A stretch of DNA of 36,327 bases, from the NCBI GenBank assembly GCA_000934665.2, contig JYFJ02003927.1:1-36327 (forward strand). Direction: 5' to 3'. The notes under the pieces are model-generated. The model saw only the letters and a program-made list of their open reading frames with translations. It was not told the DNA's origin and did no database searches. Positions within the stretch are counted from its first letter, which is position 1. Every line of letters begins with the position of its first letter. The translations under genes and the position numbers were made by a program. This DNA comes from Catajapyx aquilonaris. Its lineage: Eukaryota. Shown piece after piece: positions 12,471 through 25,153 of this stretch.

Positions 12471-14634
12471 GACATGGTGGAAATAAGGCAACATTCCTCT
12501 TTGTAAAATATTACCATAATAAAATCTTACGGTAAAAAATTGAGAGATTTATAAATGTTTCCAAGGCGGAGTGTTACAACTGACCCCATCATATTGGGGC
12601 GACTGTAACAGAGGTCGGGGTCGATTGTAACACTGTGTCTTAAGGGGAAATGTAATATGGAAGAACAATTTACACCCACTCATCTTTTCGACAATATATT
12701 GTCTTATAGCCTACTTGATCCACCTAGATTACTATTTATCTCTCGATACACTGGAATTTATTCAGCAGACAAGTATTACAAGAAAATATGATCTTTTATT
12801 AATATCAATTTTCGACAAACTGGTTATAAGAGGCTATATTGCACAAAATAATAACTATTTCTGCTATCAATATCCTGTGAGATATGTAGCTGCAACATAT
12901 GTACACATACGTGACCTTTCTCCCATGATTTTACCATGTTACAACCGACCCCAAGGATGTGTTACAACAGGCCCCATTGTGCGTTGTCTTGTAGATATGC
13001 TTACTACTTTTCAACTGTGCACATGATGTGGTCATCCATACCGTCGGTGTGACCCCACTAAACCTTTTTCATGATACCAGGGGCAATTAAATAACACTTC
13101 TTCTACCCCCTCGCAAAATCACTCAATTACTTCCACTCAAAAAAGTTGGGAACATTCCTTGATTTCGATTTTTTCATATAGAAAAACAAAAAAGGTGTAT
13201 GCTATCCGAAGTTTTGCCTGGCTTAGAGATCCTAGTGGCACACGTACTGTGTGAGTTGCAGCTTCAGGGCCTTCCAAACGTATTTATTATTGGCGATGTT
13301 ACAACCGTATACCCTGTTACAACCGACCCCGATCTCCCTTGCTGTGTCACACCTTTGATCTTCATATTGTTGTTATTTTACAAATTATTGTGCGTGGTGA
13401 TTTAGTCAATCTCTAATATTGTTATTCGTGCGCCTTCATCCAGCAATACCTTCGTAATTTTGAAGTTTCGGATTATTACAACCTGTCCCCTACTATGTGG
13501 CAACTGAGTTTGAGTAGTAGCCTACTATATAGGTGTTTGCCTCTGGCAGCAGGAGTGTACAGTAGGATATAATATAAGGTGTGTGGTCGAGTCCCACCGA
13601 AGATGTTGTAAAGTTGGAACATGCTTGGTCCCACAGGGCAGAGAGTCTTGGTTGGAGTGAACCACAGTGCTAAGACATACGAGCTCTGACTAGCAGAATA
13701 AAGCTATTGTTTTGGGAAACGCAGTTTCTTTGGAAGAACCAGAAACCTTGAGATGAAGAATATAGGCCTAGTCAAGTCACAAAGTACGAGAATATTTACA
13801 GTTTCTGCCAGCGGCATGGGATATTCACTAATGTATTGTCGTCGCTCTCTTGTCAACATCTTTATGATTTTTTTAGGGTTATTAGGAAGGAGCCAAAGCA
13901 ACTATGACTATCTGGCTACACATCTTTATGGAGTTTATACTCTTAAAATAATATGGCGCGACCTTATATTTTGCAGTTATTCCTATGTTTCTGACCATAT
14001 TAAATCCTTGGCGTACTATTGCGTTTCACATCTCTGATGCTCTGCACAGGATACAGTAATACATAACAATATGGACAAACTTATATCAGGAGATGTCCCG
14101 GACACAATAGCATAACTTTATGTGGGGGTGTAATACTGCTAGGCAGTCTCTCTCCTAATCGGAAATTCATTGCAATTTACAGCTTGGATGGACAATTCAA
14201 TACTGCACTTTTGATAACCACTTAAGTCACTATTTTAAAGTAACTGCATAAAAACAATCAGTTTAGTACCGAAATAGCTAGTCACTAAGGTCCTTTCAAT
14301 TGGAACACCCTGTATATTCTGTATGCCCTGTATTGCCATTCCAACAGCAAGTTTAGACAAATAGTCAGATGGACTGCTAGCATAAATCAAAATCATGCTT
14401 AAATTTGGTAATCCAAAAGTGCAACAAACTACTGCAGGTTGCAAAGAGAGAAAAAGGGATGCAAAGAATCAGTAAAAAATATGTAGCATTCCTGATTTGG
14501 ACGCGGGCCAATGCGAGCAAAATCAGTGCCTAGCCCGGTCTGTTTCTCCCCAAAGCAATCCTGAACCACTACCAGTCCCACGACAAGGCGTAACCAAACC
14601 ACCCAATAATAGGATATTCGCCTCCCCTGTGCAA

Positions 14635-14770
14635 CACGATGGTGTATAGTTTAAAGCCACAGCCATCCACCTCTAAGGTCCGGAGTTCAATCCCCAGAAC
14701 TTGCTGAGGACACTTTCTCATAAACGGAAATAGTGTAGATGGGTTGTTCGCGTGGGTTTTCTTGGGGCTC
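14635..14770 (+). mobile_element. Degraded, internally deleted SINE family B copy
   Basis: GCCACAGCCATCCACCTCTAAGGTCCGGAGTTCAATCCCC and GATGGGTTGTTCGCGTGGGTTTTCTTGGGG match the head and core of 10736-10988. Confidence 0.7.
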
Positions 14771-16489
14771 GCACGAACTTTTTTTAAATGAAATAATATT
14801 ATGTAACCTTTTTCTGCTACTTTTTTGAAGGTATTAATCACGGAAAAATTATGGTGCCAGTGAGTTATTTACAAAAAAAATGTGCATGTCCTTAAAACAT
14901 TGATGTCTTTTGGTTGGCGTGATTTAATATTCATTTTCCGACAAGTAATGAACAGTTAAACTGAACGTCCTATCTCACCGTGCTTAAGTGGGCCGTGGGG
15001 ATTCCTGGGTGAAGAGATTTTCCACCGAGCACGCTGATAAAAGATATTATATATAGGCCCACAATCTTCAGTCATTAATCTGCGAATATGAGAGGAGGTT
15101 TAACACCAATAGCCTTTCTTTATCGTATTATTATTTGGCAATTTGGTGGTGAAATGTGATACAAACTTGCGCCCATTTGTGGCGTTGCGTTTTCAAATCA
15201 GGAATAGGTTGAATCAATTAGTCTCTTCAACGCAATTAGGAATATATTTAAGTTAGTTTGATTTGGAAATATTTGTCGCCTTATCACCCTCCCGCCGTCC
15301 TTGGCATACCCAGGAATGCAAAATGTTGATGAAAGCTGCATTAAATCTCAGATTTGAATTCCATAATGTATGAGACACACTCCTGGTTAATTCTTGATTG
15401 AGGAAAATGTACGACTGTTATTTAAACTCATCATAGGCTTGGGGACACTAGGACAAATTCTGAACTTGGCATTTTGGCACTATTCTTCAGAGTGGCGCAT
15501 TATCATTACAATAGCACGTCGTGAAGTAGTAAGGTAACAGGGTTGACTTTTCAAGCCGCAAGAAAAACTGAATCGGATTTCTGGCAAGGGATTCTTTTTA
15601 GTGGAACTCTGGTGCCTCTGTTCTTTATCGTCCCATTTCTCTTGGCCGTCATTTTCTAGCAAGGGCCGATCAGCCCGTTGTAGATTACCCACTTGACCCT
15701 ACTGCAGATGGCTAGGAAAGGAACATGAAAGCTATAGCAGACAATGAGATTGGTAATCTCCCTACAAGAGTCTGCTCTAAATCATCTGCGCCTGGAGAAA
15801 GAAAATGCTTCTGGGAACCCTACGACGCTTGGATGGTTTCGCAGTAATTGTAAATAAAAAAAAATATTCTCTAGGAACAGGTACTGACCTGGGAATTATT
15901 TACGGCTCATCCTATGCTTTAAGGAGAAAATAATAAATTTCTAGCTCCGACGCGCTGCAATATTGATTTATCAGTAGACTGGAACTTCACATTTGCCTCC
16001 ATTTCTTGGCTTCCTGTTGTGCTATTGACAAACTTTCTTGGAAGCCCTGAAGCACTAGTTCATTATTGGAGAGCCATGGTATTTTTTGAGTGCAGTGCAG
16101 GTTTAATATTTTAATGAGTGGCAAATACATGCCGCATTATAATATTAATGTCGTCGGGGGTGTTGCGAGCGCCATGAGAACATCCATAGTCTATAGTCTT
16201 ATCGTTTCCCAGCTAAAGCAATCGTTATAAAATTACTAATATATTATAATTCGTGCTTCTTAAACACCAGGCCGTAAGTCAGTTTTTTGTTCTTACCTTG
16301 AGAAGGAACCTCCGTCTTTTATTATTGCGATAAATATATTGGGTTCGTGTTGTAGATCGGTCCTGGTTTAAAACTTGAGCTTCTTGGGATGGGGCCAAAA
16401 AGAATGCTCGCTGTTTATTACCGCCACCATTTTTCTCTTTCTAAAGCTTGCGAATATCGACTACTGCATAATGCAGCATATATGGGCGG

Positions 16490-16596
16490 GACGGTTGTGT
16501 AGTGGTTAGCACACAGCACACAGTCTTCCATCTCTGAGGTTCCTCCTTCGGTCCCCGGACGCAAGATTTTCTGGGATTTAATCCGTTACCTCCCAC
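16490..16596 (+). mobile_element. Highly degraded SINE family B-like fragment
   Basis: TGTAGTGGTTAGCAC...CACAGTCTTCCATCTCTGAGGT...TTCGGTCCCCGG resembles the family B head; ends CCGTTACCTCCCAC like the core end. Confidence 0.5.
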
Positions 16597-18905
16597 AAGC
16601 AGGATTATTTTCTTACTTCTTTGATATCTACATTCATGCCTACCACCCTCATTGTACCGTTGTGTAATAAATCGATAAATATTCTGCATATACTCTTTGA
16701 TTGTGCAAGTGACACATTGCCAAAGCAACACCTCCAACAGCCAGCGTTTGAATATGCACGACAGCCACAAACAACCTCTGACATCATTTTGCATCATTTG
16801 AATAGAAATCCGGCAGGCAACAAAACGGACAATAGCAAATACACTAAATCAGCACCATATAGCCTGCGGTATACGAGGATTATATGGGTCGACTGTTGTG
16901 AGTTATCATGAAATCCATGACCGTCTCCTAATTAGTAACGGGGACAGGGTCAGTACCTGTATGATATAGCAGTGTTATAACTTAGAATATATCTTCCAAA
17001 CTTGCAGATAAGAGCGGTAAAATTGTAGAAAGTAATATGCAATTAAAGAATGAAAAAGGTGGTAATTATGATGGGAATTAATTACTAGTTCATTAACAAA
17101 AAATATCAACTGTGGTCATCACTTTAAAAAGTAGTCAAAGTCCAGGGTCAGGACAAGTGCAAATCTCATGTAGGATATTTCTCTGGATAATTAGCGAGGT
17201 ACAATATTATTATACTTTATAGTACTTCCACAACCCGACATTCAATTACTCTGCTTTCTTCTGCCGGATGAGAAGAAAAAAACTGGAAATGCCATATTCT
17301 GTGAACTCTGCAACGGGTTAGCCAATTAAAAGAGAGAACACTTTGCATAGCTGTAAGTAGTTTAGGGGATGGAAGGCCCACAGAGGTAAAATCCTAGCCT
17401 CCAGCTCTGGAGACCTCAGTTTGAATCCGATGGCAGCGTGTTCTCGCAAGGGAACCTTATTATACTCATAAATCCATATTTCAACGGAACCTTAGTGAGC
17501 AGTAGCAGTCAAAGTTGTGCGACCTCCGCCATCATATTTTAGAAGATAGTTTTATGCTGAGCTATGAAAATCGCCGAGAAACATTAATACTGAGGATTGC
17601 TACAGTAAAATGAGAAGCGGAGAACAGTACTATACTTGCAATGAGATTATATGCCTTACTTACATATTGGCATGAATATTCTCCTACGATTGACTGGCTC
17701 ACTAGAGTTGAATCCACCATTGTAATTTCCGCTTGGAGAGCCGCGAGAAGCAACAATGTGAAGTCGTTATGTTGCGACCGGGTAAGATTCAACATAAATT
17801 TCAAGCATGACTCATTCGCCAATATTGTGACACTTTCTGTTTGCTTAGCCATGCGGATTGCGGATATTCAGCGGATGCAAGCAAGGAAATTGGTTTGGCG
17901 GTTTCACGATTAAATGTTGGGGAAACACTGGTGTAGCAGCGCATTTGCATTTATCCGAATCGTAAATTGCATCGAGTAATGACAGAGTTACCGCAATGAA
18001 TGCGTCCTCACTTGTCTTCCTCTTGATCGCATATAATTCTGTAATACTATATAGGGTCCGTAAGATGGCAGGATCCAAGCATGCTTCGATCAACTTTTCA
18101 AAAGTGCTCGATCCGGCAGGCTATATACTTGAGGTATTTTGATGGCATGTCATCGGTTGTTTATTACCCATGACGGAAGATAGGGTGGGAAATATGAGGC
18201 ATCTTGAACCGGGTTAAAGTATGAGTTGGGCGTCGAGTGTTAACCAAATCCTACGGCAGTCGATCCAAAACTGAATTTTGGTTGAATCGATTTTGCTGCC
18301 TAGAATGCGAATGCTATGTCAGCCCCCTCACAGCAAGTAGCTCAGAATACTGATCCACTTTCACTCCGCATTACTAGACCAGAGCATGTTGCCAACTTAT
18401 ATGATAGGACCTTGCCAAGCTTGCCGACCACACCTTCCATTCATCTATATGTCAAACATTATTGTCCAAAGTACGGTGAATGTTAATGCTACAATTTTGT
18501 ATGAGATTATCGTTCGAGTTTTTCCTCCATAGTGAGAGAAGATGGGATAATAATTGCACTGGACTAAGGGGAAAGCCGCAATTTGCGTAAACGGCCTTGC
18601 AAGTTGTGTTTCGACTTGAAGAGGAAACTCGATAATTCCTGCCCAAATTAGCTCGGAAGTGGCAGTGTTGCTAGAATATGTACTCATGGAGTCTTGCTCT
18701 TTTGATAGACCTCCCTGCCTAGGTAGAGTGTATAAAGAGTTGAAGCAAGCTAGAACTGGTGCGAATCACACCCACTAACTATTGACAACTGAGAGCTGCA
18801 TTTGGAGTAGTTTGTAACTACAGCTCTGTTTACCCCCAGCATATCTATTCTGAGAGGTCATGAGAGGGCAGGGGCATGGAATGGTGAGAGGTGAGGCTGG
18901 CTATA

Positions 18906-19336
18906 CAGGGTGTATCAGAGTCACGGGTCAAGCGCGCGCGAGGGGCTGGTAGAGCGGCTTTTTAGCCTTGCGGGTTGCACTGAAAAAGGCGCTCTCATGC
19001 TACACCGGCAGGGTACTGTGCAACGTAGTGTACTACTGTACAGTGGTGTGTTCAGTACCCTGCCGTTGTAGTAGGAAAGCGCCGTTTTCAGTGCAACCCG
19101 CAAGGCTAAAAACCCGTTCATCCAGGTTCAACCGAAACCATTTGCCTTGCATTTGCCAGTCCACGCCACTCAATTCGAATACAGAGAGGATGTGACGTCA
19201 CGCCGTACGGCCGTAATAAATAAATTGATTACGGCCGTATTTCTAATTGTTTTATAAAACCGACCGGGGTTGTCGCCACCTACGATTTTTCCCCACCCCC
19301 TCGCGCGCGCTTGACCCGTGACCCTGAAACACCCTG
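18906..19336. mobile_element. Tc1/mariner-type MITE (431 bp) with internal 60-bp-arm hairpin
   Basis: TA TSD (18904-05, 19337-38); 40-bp TIRs CAGGGTGT.TCAG.GTCACGGGTCAAGCGCGCGCGAGGGG with 2 mismatches; internal inverted repeat 18959-19018 / 19053-19112. Confidence 0.92.
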
Positions 19337-19433
19337 TATAGTTGTAACCACAAAAGACCTTTGCAGCAGTGTCTTGAAAGATACGTATGGGAATGTTGCA
19401 GCTTTATGTATTTTTAAAAAAAATTAGGGTAAC

Positions 19434-19435
<2 letters not shown>

Positions 19436-19474
<39 letters not shown>
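19436..19474. repeat. (GA)n microsatellite, ~19 units
   Basis: Uninterrupted GAGAGA... tract. Confidence 0.97.
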
Positions 19475-19477
<3 letters not shown>

Positions 19478-19843
19478 GCCAGGGCAATTTCCAAACCTCT
19501 CTCCAAAATGAAGCCCTAGCTTTTGGTCGAATTAGGTTTCATAACAGGTGCCATTCCATAGAGTACAAATTTTACACAATGTGGTAGCTGACACGATGGG
19601 ATGATTTAATCAGGTAGTAGCCCTCTCAATAAAGCGAAAAAATACAACCCGCTATTAACGAAGGATCTGTCTGAAGCCTGGATTATCTTGTAAATAAATG
19701 GAATTGAATACTGCAGATGTATGCCTGATTTATCACTGGGATATTTAAAAGTACTAGTACTGTGGCAAATACGCAATAGTCCGACCGTGAATAACTCTGG
19801 GGCATTCAAATAATGGAACGTAAATTGCTAAGGATATGGTAGG

Positions 19844-20032
19844 CAGGGTGATGAACTATCCAAGTCCGTAGCTCAAGAGCGGGATAAGAGAAAAAGTTGT
19901 GGCTTGTTGGCTCCAGACACCAGGGAAAAGCAACACTCACGACAGAGAATGTGGCCATGTTTACCTTTAGACTGGTTTCAGAGGTAAACAATCCCTAACT
20001 TCTTCCTTCAACTTGGGCAATGCACCACCATG
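19844..20032. mobile_element. Old CAGGGTG-ended MITE family, copy 1
   Basis: Shares CAGGGTG...CTCAAGAGCGGG and GTAAAC.ATCCCTAACTT with 33724-33968; ends CACCACCATG|TA. Confidence 0.55.
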
Positions 20033-20459
20033 TATATAGGCCTACTGTAATTTACAGCAAGAACACAGGAGTAAAGTGACATGCAGGCATGCCATTGCAC
20101 ACACTTGAGCTCATTAGTTCGTAAAGTAAACAGGTAAAATCACTTTAACTTACATCTGTACAGCACAATATTAGTTGTATTAAAATAATACTGTACACTA
20201 CGAATCAGGACAGAACTAAGACACCTTAAGTGTCAAGCTTTTTGATACGCTTGCCTATTACTCAAATAATGGACTGTGGTTTGGAAGTGCTAACCCCTTT
20301 ATTGCGTACAATATTTACATTTCTACGCAGAAAAATTAGCCAATCGATTGTAAATTATTGCAACCTCTACACCCTAGACATTGACAAAAATATTCCCACC
20401 CAACACACTGTTGATGATGAAGTCCTCTAGGAGTCTAAGCCTCTAGGCCCTAGAGATAT

Positions 20460-21011
20460 GAGACGGCTAGGCACAAACTATAGTCGTCGCTGGCTACCCC
20501 ATGTCTGGGATTATGCCGTGATGTTATGTATGTATCTAATGTATGTAATAAATTATTTAAAAATGTTTGAATACCACGTCTTATAATTACCTGCCACACG
20601 GTTTGGGTCTCAACTTGTGGCACTCAATCCATCTGCCCGTCTGCGGCAATTGGGGAAAATAATGCATTGTGGTTCGTTTTCTTCAGTTTATTTCTGGTAT
20701 CAATTTTAATAATTTGACTTCTCTGAAGAATGGGCTATATGCATATGAAAACTTTATAGTATGCATTTTTTAATGCGAAAAAAGCGAGTATATTAGGAGA
20801 AAACCAACAGCGGCACAATTTATTTGTATATGAATTTTTCCCAATTGCCGCAGACGGGCAGATGGATAAGGTGCCACAAGTTGAGACCCAAACCGTGTGG
20901 CCGGTAATTATAAGACGTGGTATTCAAACATTTTAATAATTTATTACAATCATACAATCATAACATCACGGCATAATCCCAGACATGGGGTAGTTTGTGC
21001 CTAGCCGTCTC
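20460..21011. mobile_element. Long-TIR non-autonomous DNA transposon, GAG...CTC termini with 4-bp ATAT TSD (Sola2/3-like)
   Basis: Arms about 20460-20659 and 20835-21011 are near-perfect reverse complements around a ~175-bp AT-rich spacer; ATAT flanks both ends (20456-59, 21012-15). The superfamily is inferred only from termini and TSD length. Confidence 0.85.
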
Positions 21012-21665
21012 ATATGAGATATGACCATTACAATGACTCTTCTGGTGACTGCTCAGGCGTCAGGCCACTCAGAAGATATAATGAGTTTGGTGATGATGAA
21101 ATCGGTGACATGAACACATACATACAAATAGTATAAACATACAATGTACAATGTTTTTAATAATCCATAATCAACAATAATAATCAATCATAGATTAAGA
21201 ATCCTCCTTCCACCTGACAGCCGACGATATGTCGATTGGGTTTTGACCACTTCCACTAGCAGAAAAAAAGGCCCCATTTCCACATTTTCGCGATTATTTC
21301 CCTCCCCACTGTATTTTGCAATTTGGCTAAAACTTGATATGCAGTCATTGCAGTGGTACAGCGTAGGTTTGTACGGTTGTGATTATTTTCAGCAAAATCC
21401 GAGTAGGTCTAGCAACTTTTCGGCCCAATTTATTGGGAAAAAACCCCTACATTTTCAAAATTTGGTTTTTTGACTGCCCCAAGGTCAAAAATATATATTT
21501 AAAGGGGGGGGGGGCAGAGGTGCGGTCGCCCCGGGCGCAAACTGAGGGGCACAAAATTTGGAAACTAAAAAAAAATGAATCAGTAATCCTAGATATATCG
21601 TTATGAAAATCCTGCGCCCTCCCACCGAGACAGTTCTTACTCCAGTAAATGCAAATGGTTATCGG

Positions 21666-21896
21666 TAGTGCTGTGCGATATCCGAAATTGCATATCGACT
21701 TTCGATACTCAAAACATATCGAATCGGAGTCGATATATCGAAAATCTAAAAACCGACATCGAAAAATATCGAAAACCGGCATCGCAAAATCGCGATATTC
21801 GATACATCGCACATGACAAGCGTCGGATATCGCAACTTCGACAGGGTGGAAAATATCGTATCGACAGTCGATGTATCGAAATATCGCATAGCCCTA
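21666..21896. mobile_element. hAT(Ac)-like MITE rich in ATCGA/TCGAT motifs
   Basis: TIRs TAGTGCTGTGCGATAT / ATATCGCATAGCCCTA (14/16 complementary); the interior is a dense array of TATCG/CGATA; flanks GTTATCGG / GTTTATCA could be a decayed 8-bp TSD. Confidence 0.8.
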
Positions 21897-24800
21897 GTTT
21901 ATCACAGGATGCAGCATGTAGCACTTAAAAAAATATTTCAATGAGTTTTGAATTATACATCAATAAACTGTGTATGATACTAATTGAATTCATGTCTGTC
22001 GGTTGTCATATTTCCCACGGTCTTTATTGGTGGACAGTAATAATATTCCGACAGAATATCATTTTCCCACACCGATAAGGTCTTAAAAGAAGCACTTCGT
22101 AAAAGTGGATCTATGTAGGTAGCAGAAATTAATGACACCGTTAATTAATTATTGGATAATGAAGCAAAAGTTAGTTCAAATAATCCCAATAGCTCATAGG
22201 CCTACTCTTATATTGGATTTTCTTACAATAGATATTTTACTGTACATTCTTATGAGTTCACGGGATGGCACCCTGAGCTTACAATGTAAGACATCATGGG
22301 CATTTTACAAGAAATAATATACCGTATTTATCGAACTGATTTTCTAGGAGCAAAGATTTAAGGGGACGATTATATAGCACCACACTATCGCAATTATGCC
22401 ATTAGCCCCGGAGGTGATAGGTCTAAATAGGGTAGGTTCGTTAATGATGGGTGAATTATTGTATGTATTTAATCTGATTTAATTTGAATACATTTTTATA
22501 ATTGCTTATTTCAAGTTCTGGGAATTTTGGGTCAGTGAACAGTTATCTTAAGTGCAGAATGTTTAGGATATAAGGACATGACTGTGTACAATGCCAAGTT
22601 CTGTCCCATTTGGCCATTTGGGTCAAGTGAGCAAAATAATAGTAGGCTACTCGCGCATATTATTTTCGTGACTTCTGCGGTAAGGGTTTGGGATACAGAA
22701 GGTTGCCATTTTTAATCCAGCTTAACAGGATGTGCCTCATGTTAGTGGAAGATGAAGGTGCAAGAGGCGTGCCACAGCGGCTAATATATTGGGATCGCAG
22801 TTTGGCAGCAGCCACTGGTGTTAAACTGCGGATTACCAGCCGGCATTTTTCTGAATCCAATTACAGGAGGAATTCTCTTCTACTCAGCCTAATCTACAGG
22901 TCGGCGCCTATTGTGGCCTATCTTTAATGTATCCGCGAGTCTAAATATGTGATAACATGCGTAAGACTCATATAGACTATCTGGGATATTATTTTGTCGC
23001 ATACATTTTCAGAACCCGACCGACCTGCAATCACACTTGGCCGACAGTATACAGTGCAGCAGAATAGTAGATATTCCAACATGCAATAAAAGAGTGTCAG
23101 GAGTTAATCCCTAACTCAATTACCGCGCTCCTGTAGGCTATTTCTCCGATACCAACTACATCTGTTCTGAATAACACGTTATTGCAATAAATATTATTAA
23201 CGGAACCTTTTTATGAGTTACTTAAAGCATAATTCCGATTTACAGTGTTTAATAAACCAAGTGCTAATCACTCGCGTCAGTTTTACAAATCGACTCGGAA
23301 AATGAACTGGCACTGATAGCGATAACAAAGGAGAATCTCTTATGCATACGTGCTACAATTAATCCGGTTAAAATTCCGATTTAGAGAGTTATGGATAAAT
23401 TGAGTGATAATTTATGCGTTACAAAATAATCTTTATCGTCTTTCTGTTGCACTTGACTGACCAGAGAGATAGCCACCTTGATCCATATACAGCCTCATCG
23501 TAATCATAATATGCAATGGTTTCGCATAAACCGTACCTTACATGAGCTAAAGTGGAGGACGGGCTTGCATTATTGATTATCTGGGGACTTGCAGCTATCC
23601 CTAATTAACTAAAGAGATGTGCCTAATGATTGTACTATCGAATTGTTTGCAGTGGAATTCATGTGTGACCCCCCCAATTGGATTCTGGTTCGGGCAAAAT
23701 CACGCGCTTAATGGGAGTAATGGCTGCACAAAGGCAGATATGAGAGGAAATCTCCATATCAGGGCCGGATGATATATTGGAAGAAATTATTTGACCGAAA
23801 ATGCGCATTTTTGAGACAACAATAATAGGGTGGGGTTATACACTATAGACTGTACACTGGCGTACAGTAATAGGGAGGCAGCGTTTTGTCAGGTACAGTA
23901 CCATTTCCATGATACATGCTTTCAAAAAGCTAATTTGTTTCACAATACGTGTCAGTGCATAAAATGAGCTCCGCAGAAAGGCTTGATTATAAACAAGACC
24001 AGTAATTCACGTCATAAAAGTGGGCTGAATGCAAACCTGGTCCAAAATAGGGGTGATGAATATTGCTTTCGTCCCTCCCGAGTAATGGCTCCGCTACATG
24101 GGTACCTTGACGTGTTGACATAGCCAGCAGGGCTAATTACATAATCATGAAAGATTTTCCGCCCAATAATGGCTGCAAGTGTGCCCCAGTCGAGAACTGA
24201 AATGGTGATTTTTGGTAGTGCCAATCGCGTGAACGTGCACTTGGGTAGCCTCAAGGGAGAGCCAAAATGCATTTTGAACTGTCCTAGCTCCACAAAACGA
24301 GCCCTTGCACTGGGTATGGCTTGAAACCACGCAAAACGCGCAATTGTGGCCCAGTGTAGTCAGTTGGCTCGTTCGCTGCCTGCTATACGCACATGAATGC
24401 ATGGTGGAGAACCATTCAACGCTAATGAGTCCCACCTTCTGCTACCAGATTCAGTCTCAGGAGTGAATGGAAAGATTCTAGCCCAGACACTGGGAAGAAT
24501 TGCATTAGTTTCCTCCTGGGCTTCTGAGGCTGCCTGTTTTCTATCCTAAAGGACTGTCAGCAACCTCTCTAAGGCAGCAGGTGATGTTGTTTCCACGCTT
24601 CTACCTTCCCACACACCTTTTTTTTCACCTCTTGTTCCGTGGGGATTCAGAGCATTTGGAGGCCCCTCCACCCTTCTTCTCCTCCATCCAGAAAAAAAAA
24701 GCCCAAAAGAGAGATTTCCTGTTCCGGTGTCAAAATGTGACGTAGCTATATGCGGCTGAGAAATGTAGTGCCGGATGCATTCTGTCACTTTCAAGAAAGG

Positions 24801-25153
24801 CGATTAGGAACTTATAGTGTCGTGCTGAATACGTGCTCATATGTTAGACCGTTAGACCAGTGTTGGTTCACAGAATAATACCCGTACTTTTGTCCATCCA
24901 AGCTCATACAGTATTAAGGCGCATCTGACCCACCGCCTTATCTAAATGCCACCAACCAACCCAACCCAAACGCGATTAAGAAGGGCGATTAGGGCCTTGG
25001 GAAGCCGCGGGGTTGTCGTGTCTTGTATGTGACAATTTCAGAGGGACCTTGTGTCAAATGCGTTGCATGCGATGCTGTATATCGCGTTTTGGTTTGGAGT
25101 ATGGGATGGGTAAGTGTACACTCGTTATACAAGGTGTAAAACTGCTCGAGTCC

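Larger units (their letters stand above)
11584..13338. mobile_element. Non-autonomous TA-targeting (pogo/Tc1-like) DNA transposon carrying nested insertions
   Basis: Perfect 25-bp inverted repeat AGGGAGATCGGGGTCGGTTGTAACA at 11583-11607 / 13315-13339; internal copies of the GGGGTCGGTTGTAACA motif near 12572, 12596, 12617, 12938, 12960 and 13297; left flank TA, right flank TT. No transposase ORF. Confidence 0.85.

Noticed and set aside
18921..19195. Two opposite-strand ORFs with similar peptide sequence
   Set aside because: A consequence of the inverted repeat inside the MITE; the same applies to the ORFs at 21447-21928.
24950..25110. Weak inverted repeat CCCAACCCAAACGCGAT / ATCGCGTTTTGGTTTGG
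   Set aside because: Only ~17 bp with mismatches and no definable ends; possibly an old MITE but not supportable.
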